A DNA stretch of 64,000 nucleotides from a virus. Its lineage: Duplodnaviria; Heunggongvirae; Uroviricota; Caudoviricetes. Below are positions 59,094 through 64,000 of the stretch, piece by piece. Position 1 is the stretch's first letter. Each line of letters starts with the position of its first letter. The notes under the pieces were generated by a model. It was not told where the DNA came from. It searched no databases and saw only the letters and a list, made by a program, of their open reading frames with translations. Position numbers and translations under genes: made by a program. The DNA is taken from positions 91,395-155,394 of the IMG/VR virus record IMGVR_UViG_3300036760_000193; one strand, written 5' to 3'.

Positions 59094-60848
59094 TTAATTA
59101 GGTATTCTTAAAAGCTTAAATCCTGATCCACCAGAATTTGCACTACCAACTGTCACTCTTTGGAGTGCTCCACTATCTACATCCCAAAGAAAGAAACGAG
59201 TATTACCAGCAGTAGAATCTGAGTCTACTTTCATAGTAATCGCACTGCTTGTTGCAAATCTAATGTATGGATTACCACCTTCCACATTTCTGATATTACA
59301 AGTGGCACCAAATAGCTCGAAATTCCCGTCACTTATACCGCCGCTTACTATTAATCCAGAACCTTGAGTGGCATTACTATACAAAGCTGCCCCTTTAGTA
59401 TCTGGCCCTTGTAGAATAGAGTTATCTCCATCAAATAATATACCGCCAGTTGGTTGGTTAAAAAATGAAAAACTTGGGGCTGTAACTGTTCCGTCAGGAA
59501 GTTTAATTCCACTTGGGTCAAGTTCCATAAGGCGTTGGGCACCACCTGAGTAGTAGTCAATTCCTAATGAATTATTTGTTGCTCTAATTTCAAGTCCCCC
59601 ACTTGACCCCATATAAATTTGGTAAGTGTCATCGAAGGCTCCATCATAGTCAAATTCTAGATATGTTTCACCAGCAGCAGTGAATCTTATACCATCATTG
59701 GCAAATGTATAAATGTGTGTACCACCAGCCGCATATCCAAATCCAGGGTTTGATCCACTGAAATAAAAGAATCCATCTGTTGGGGCAGAAGAAAATGTAT
59801 AAGAAGGATCAGATGGAGACCCATCAATAAGTTTTATACCTGTATCTGTTATTTTAGCAACGGTTGTTACGGCTGTTGTTCCAAATACAAGAGGAAATCC
59901 ATTTCCATGAATAAATGCAGCTGTAACAGCTGAGCCGTTAGCTTGATAACCTAAAGTTAAATGTACTGAAGGTTGATTATGTTGACCAATCTTTATCTGG
60001 ATATGATCTCCAGAATCTACCTCTTCTGCGCCATAACTTGTAGTAAGTTGTACAAAGTTATTTGTAAAGTCAGATAATTTACCTGTTTGAAATTCTATTT
60101 CTCCACCATCTCTTAAATAAATAGAAGGTTCATATGGCCCAGAACCATCTATATTAGTATGTGATTCGATATTTAATCCTTTAATTGAATTAAGTGAATC
60201 TTCACCGGAAGATTGACTATTGAATACGAAACCGACAACATCTGAATTATATTGTATCCAAGCATCTCCGCTATTTCCAAAAATTACTTTTTTATTTTCT
60301 TGTATCGCCACATCACCAGCATCGGCAATTGTAATAGCACTTGGGGTTCCAGCTGTTCCCAACACTAAAGGAACGGTATTAGTTGATTGAACTAATGCAG
60401 CAGAAACTCCATCTCTATATCCCAATATTAAATGCGTTTTCGATGGGTCATTTGTTATACCATCAGACCCGCGACCTACCCAGAATTGTTGATGATCTCC
60501 AGCATCTGTACCTTGATCCATGAAAATTGCAAAATGACGATCTGCTTCTGATCCTTGAGGGCTACCGCAATTTCTTAGAACTGTTGTACCACTAGCGTCG
60601 AATTCTAATCCAGGTTCATAATTTCCAGAACCAGTTGGGCCACAATTTGGGTATATCCACAATGTACCTGATGAATTAATAGAATAGGTTCCGCTAGGAT
60701 CAGTTTGACCTACAATACCACTGAAATCATTACTATATTTTAACCACGTATTCTCAGAATTTCCAAGAATTAGTTTTCTATCATCAGTTAAATTAATATC
60801 TGAATCAATCAGTGATATAAAGCCATTTTCTCTGTCAATAGCACTCAT
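59094..60848 (-). CDS. modular fibre protein
   Basis: Two LILGNS..W.KYS.D...LGY modules shared with the 2111-aa protein; DGSPSDPSYTF repeats. Confidence 0.6.
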   Translation of the reverse strand: MSAIDRENGFISLIDSDINLTDDRKLILGNSENTWLKYSNDFSGIVGQTDPSGTYSINSSGTLWIYPNCGPTGSGNYEPGLEFDASGTTVLRNCGSPQGSEADRHFAIFMDQGTDAGDHQQFWVGRGSDGITNDPSKTHLILGYRDGVSAALVQSTNTVPLVLGTAGTPSAITIADAGDVAIQENKKVIFGNSGDAWIQYNSDVVGFVFNSQSSGEDSLNSIKGLNIESHTNIDGSGPYEPSIYLRDGGEIEFQTGKLSDFTNNFVQLTTSYGAEEVDSGDHIQIKIGQHNQPSVHLTLGYQANGSAVTAAFIHGNGFPLVFGTTAVTTVAKITDTGIKLIDGSPSDPSYTFSSAPTDGFFYFSGSNPGFGYAAGGTHIYTFANDGIRFTAAGETYLEFDYDGAFDDTYQIYMGSSGGLEIRATNNSLGIDYYSGGAQRLMELDPSGIKLPDGTVTAPSFSFFNQPTGGILFDGDNSILQGPDTKGAALYSNATQGSGLIVSGGISDGNFELFGATCNIRNVEGGNPYIRFATSSAITMKVDSDSTAGNTRFFLWDVDSGALQRVTVGSANSGGSGFKLLRIPN

Positions 60849-60860
60849 GTTTTTCTCCTA

Positions 60861-62738
60861 TTAAATATTCGTCCAAGGCAACCCATATTTGGTTGCTAAA
60901 TAATTTCCGACTTTATTCAAGTCAGTTGAAGACAATGGGGAATCATAAATAATTATCTCTGAAACTTTAGCGTTTGCTCCGTCTTGAACTCCGAATCTAC
61001 GATCTGCACCAATCGAAACTTGATTTGGGGAATAAACTCTTCCACCACCACCACCACGTCCACCAAAACTTCCAACAGAAACCCCACCTCTATAGAATGT
61101 TGCGGAGGTTGGGTCTGTCTCAACTGTAAAAATTTCAAAAGTATTTGCTACTAGATCAGCGGCAGATGATATAGCCCCACCATGACCTCCAGGAGCGTCA
61201 TCACTTTCTCGATAAACATATTCTGGTGTATCAGATACTGTAAATTGTTCATGAACAGTATTACTTGTGTTCCGAGTAGCAGAAAGAATGGTATAATTAA
61301 AATTATCCAAATCAAGATCGGTAAGCGCACTGACAACAAAAAATGTGAAATTTGACGGCGACCCAGCAAAAGTGGGAGCTATTCCAGCTATTGTAAGATA
61401 TTGATTATCTACAGATTTGTTAAACTCCACACAAGGTAATGAATTAGCTCCGCCTATTGCTCTAAAAACAGGTTGATTTACTGAAGTGACTTGGTTTGCG
61501 TCGTTCTCATTGCCAGATTCATCAGACCATGTAGAAACGGAGGCTCCGTCTGATACACCAATATTGCTACCTCTGAACCATCCTGTCAATCCTGGTAAAT
61601 CCGCAGGAGTAAACGGAACGATGGAAGGAGCTTTTGTGATTGTACCATTATTGGTTAAATTATTAGAACCAAAAGAATCCATTCTCGTTGTATTGTCGTC
61701 TTCATCTAATGCCCACCATGAAACTAAACCAATAGTTGTTTTCTCACCAGAAGTGACATCCAAAAATCTCTTGCCCATTCCACCATTATAAATAGATGAT
61801 TGAATTGTGCTAATAGCTGTCGCCATATCTGCTGGGTTCTTACAGAAGAACCACTCATCAAGAACTTCGTTTCCACCAATACCACCAGCACCATCGTCAT
61901 TTGCAAACATAACAAAATTTCCACCTGTCGGAGGATTTGTAGTTCTAATGTATGGATTACCACCTGTATTTACAGTTCCACCATTTATTTGAATATTTAT
62001 AGTTTGTGCTCCAGCATCTGCCCACGCTAAAACAAATGCAGGAACATCCACAGAAAGTGGTTCTGAATCTACGGTTACAGAGGTACTAGGAGCCGCGAGA
62101 TTCACATTAAATGTGATAACCCCACTTCCAGCACTGACATACATAGAATACTCATCATTTGTGGTATTGAAATCTTCTCCTTTCGTTAAAATGTATCCTT
62201 CATTGGTATCTTTCAACATAACCCATCCAGCTAAAATAAATGAATCATTTTGTACGGTTTGAAGACTTGCCGCATCTCCACCGAACAACCAGTTTGAATT
62301 ATTTCCACTGTTTCTAGCTGCAAATGCCATAGGTGGTGGTGGAGCTTCTTGACCAAATGCCAAAGAAAAGAATGATGCCTTAGCAGACCAGTCATAATCA
62401 TTATTTGTATCGCCAGTTACTTGGACATCTATTCTCGTTCCATCAATGACTAAATTAACATCACAATTAACATTATCTTTATCTACATATTTTTCAGGTG
62501 TTCCAAATGGAGTTACAACATCATTGACATTTTTATACTCAGATAAAAGTCTCGCAAAAATTATATCGTCAGGATTTCCTGCACTTCCGCCCTTTCTCGT
62601 ACCAATTACTTCCACCATAACCAATATCCCAGAATTTGTTGCGATTTCTACGGCAACAATGAAAGTTGGTGTATTATCAGTAGTAGAGACTGTGCCAGTT
62701 ACCTGACTCAAAATTTTATTTGTAGGAATAAATGCCAT
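60861..62738 (-). CDS. LamG/concanavalin A-like domain structural protein
   Basis: SFILAGWV, GLVSWWALDE...DSFGSNNLT, GWFRG...VSTWSDESGN.NDA.Q...P.F, EIIIYDSPLS...VGNYLATKYG. Confidence 0.72.
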   Translation of the reverse strand: MAFIPTNKILSQVTGTVSTTDNTPTFIVAVEIATNSGILVMVEVIGTRKGGSAGNPDDIIFARLLSEYKNVNDVVTPFGTPEKYVDKDNVNCDVNLVIDGTRIDVQVTGDTNNDYDWSAKASFFSLAFGQEAPPPPMAFAARNSGNNSNWLFGGDAASLQTVQNDSFILAGWVMLKDTNEGYILTKGEDFNTTNDEYSMYVSAGSGVITFNVNLAAPSTSVTVDSEPLSVDVPAFVLAWADAGAQTINIQINGGTVNTGGNPYIRTTNPPTGGNFVMFANDDGAGGIGGNEVLDEWFFCKNPADMATAISTIQSSIYNGGMGKRFLDVTSGEKTTIGLVSWWALDEDDNTTRMDSFGSNNLTNNGTITKAPSIVPFTPADLPGLTGWFRGSNIGVSDGASVSTWSDESGNENDANQVTSVNQPVFRAIGGANSLPCVEFNKSVDNQYLTIAGIAPTFAGSPSNFTFFVVSALTDLDLDNFNYTILSATRNTSNTVHEQFTVSDTPEYVYRESDDAPGGHGGAISSAADLVANTFEIFTVETDPTSATFYRGGVSVGSFGGRGGGGGRVYSPNQVSIGADRRFGVQDGANAKVSEIIIYDSPLSSTDLNKVGNYLATKYGLPWTNI

Positions 62739-62752
62739 TTTTGATTACCTCT

Positions 62753-64000
62753 TTAGAATACAAACCAATTCGATCCATCACAAATAATTATGATTGATTC
62801 GTATTGTACTGTTAAAATATATGTCGTTTGACCGTCAACTGTTTCGCTTGCATTTGGGTCTATGGTTACTGTGTTTGCAGAACTATCTGTCTTTTTGATA
62901 AAATATTGAAGACCACTATTTCCAGAAGCCATTGGTAAATTTACTGTAATGGCATTGCTTGTGGCATCAGCCAATATAACGCCGTCTCCGGCAGCTGTAT
63001 ATGATGCGGATGTTACTGTAGCAACTGTTGGTGCTCCACCTGCATTAGCGTCTACATATGCTTTGGTTGCAGCATCTTGGTCACTTGTAGGATCGCCCAT
63101 ATTGGTGATCTTATTCGTGCCCATGTCGATTGTTGATGTGCTAAGCATGTTGATGCCAGTGCTTGAGAATTTTAATGTTTCTGTTCCACTGATTGATACT
63201 CCGATTCCGCTGTCATAATAGAAGCCCATACCAGAAGAATCACCATTGAAATTAATGTCTGGGTAATTTGCTCCACCACCGCCACTTAATTCTGCATTGA
63301 TCTGACCATAAACAATAAGATCAACATTGTCGAACATGTAAACTTCACCGATAGTGCCAGGGCGTCCACCACCGTCACCTGTTCTATTAGTAATATCCAT
63401 GAAATATTGACCGTCAAGACTTGTCAATAAATGTGTATTAGCATTTGTTAAAGACGAGAATCCTCTATCTGGTGCGCTTACAAATGAATAGGAAGGATTC
63501 GTCTGTGTTCCATCAGTATTAAGAATGATAGATGAATTTTTCATCTCAATACCACTGTTGGTAAAGCGAAGACGTTCTATACTGGTTGTAGCTACAGAAA
63601 ATGCTTGCGCTGCACTACCAAATAATCCGACACCTTCGTTTCCAAAAGCAATATCTGGGTAAGTAGGATTATTACTGTTGTTAGCAATAATTTGAAAATT
63701 ACTATCCATTTCTATATTTGAGTCAAATGCTGTGTGAGGACCACCATCTTTCAAATTTCCAGTATCTTCTGAGAAGAAAGTTCCTATTCCATTTACCGAG
63801 AATACAAGAGCACCACCACCTGCTCTTGACATTCCAGTTCCTGTACCACCTGTAAATGAATAAGATGGAACAGAGTCTGTGCCATCAGTATTATAAATTT
63901 TTGAAGTGCTTTGCATTTCAATACCAGATGTCGTAATTCTTGCTCTTTCTACTCCTGTAACTTTGAATAAAAAGGCAGACGCCCCACTATCAAGAATCAA
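62753..64000 (-). CDS. modular fibre protein, 5' end beyond the window
   Basis: Open to the window edge; PSYSF repeats, DPTSDQDAATKAYVD, C-terminal CDGSNWFVF module. Confidence 0.65.
   Translation of the reverse strand: MILDSGASAFLFKVTGVERARITTSGIEMQSTSKIYNTDGTDSVPSYSFTGGTGTGMSRAGGGALVFSVNGIGTFFSEDTGNLKDGGPHTAFDSNIEMDSNFQIIANNSNNPTYPDIAFGNEGVGLFGSAAQAFSVATTSIERLRFTNSGIEMKNSSIILNTDGTQTNPSYSFVSAPDRGFSSLTNANTHLLTSLDGQYFMDITNRTGDGGGRPGTIGEVYMFDNVDLIVYGQINAELSGGGGANYPDINFNGDSSGMGFYYDSGIGVSISGTETLKFSSTGINMLSTSTIDMGTNKITNMGDPTSDQDAATKAYVDANAGGAPTVATVTSASYTAAGDGVILADATSNAITVNLPMASGNSGLQYFIKKTDSSANTVTIDPNASETVDGQTTYILTVQYESIIIICDGSNWFVF

Noticed and set aside
53-63218. Plus-strand ORFs in the track (e.g. 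53-466, 16648-17067, 32953-33618, 35705-36181)
   Set aside because: All are antisense shadows of well-supported minus-strand genes and lack motifs or ribosome-binding sites.
1-64000. Stop-codon reassignment, CRISPR array, inteins
   Set aside because: Genes tile densely under the standard code with TAA and TGA stops in coupled overlaps; no repeat-spacer array was seen; DnaB, RecA and the helicase have normal lengths.

Overview
This is a 64 kb piece of a large, myovirus-type (contractile-tail) bacteriophage genome. Every credible gene is on the minus strand, many are coupled by ATGA/TAATG overlaps, and the standard genetic code fits. Left part (1-14.7 kb): MgtC-family membrane protein, SLT transglycosylase, classic AAA ATPase, metallophosphoesterase, RecA, SSB-like protein, stand-alone primase zinc finger, sigma factor, DnaB helicase plus DnaC-like loader, SF2 helicase, pol-beta nucleotidyltransferase, methionine aminopeptidase and an amidase endolysin. 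Middle (14.7-39.3 kb): baseplate and fibre genes, hub, tape measure, tail chaperones, tube, sheath, tail completion and neck genes, then a free-standing GIY-YIG endonuclease. Right (40-64 kb): many fibre/decoration-type proteins built from shared, shuffled modules, surrounding a probable head-tail adaptor. No capsid, portal, terminase, tRNA, CRISPR array or reverse transcriptase was seen. The most notable signals, none shown by the ORF track, are: (1) a probable AUU start for the methionine aminopeptidase; (2) a -1 frameshift site A-AAA-AAG with a downstream stem joining the two tail-chaperone ORFs; (3) a 28-bp motif repeated 15 kb apart upstream of structural genes, a candidate phage-sigma promoter; (4) a perfect sigma70 promoter placed to give a leaderless SLT-mgtC mRNA; (5) a 207-nt intergenic region with a start-stop mini-ORF cascade, a hairpin and four phased TAGCAA repeats over the chaperone ribosome-binding site. 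Product names come from reading motifs by eye, not from database searches.
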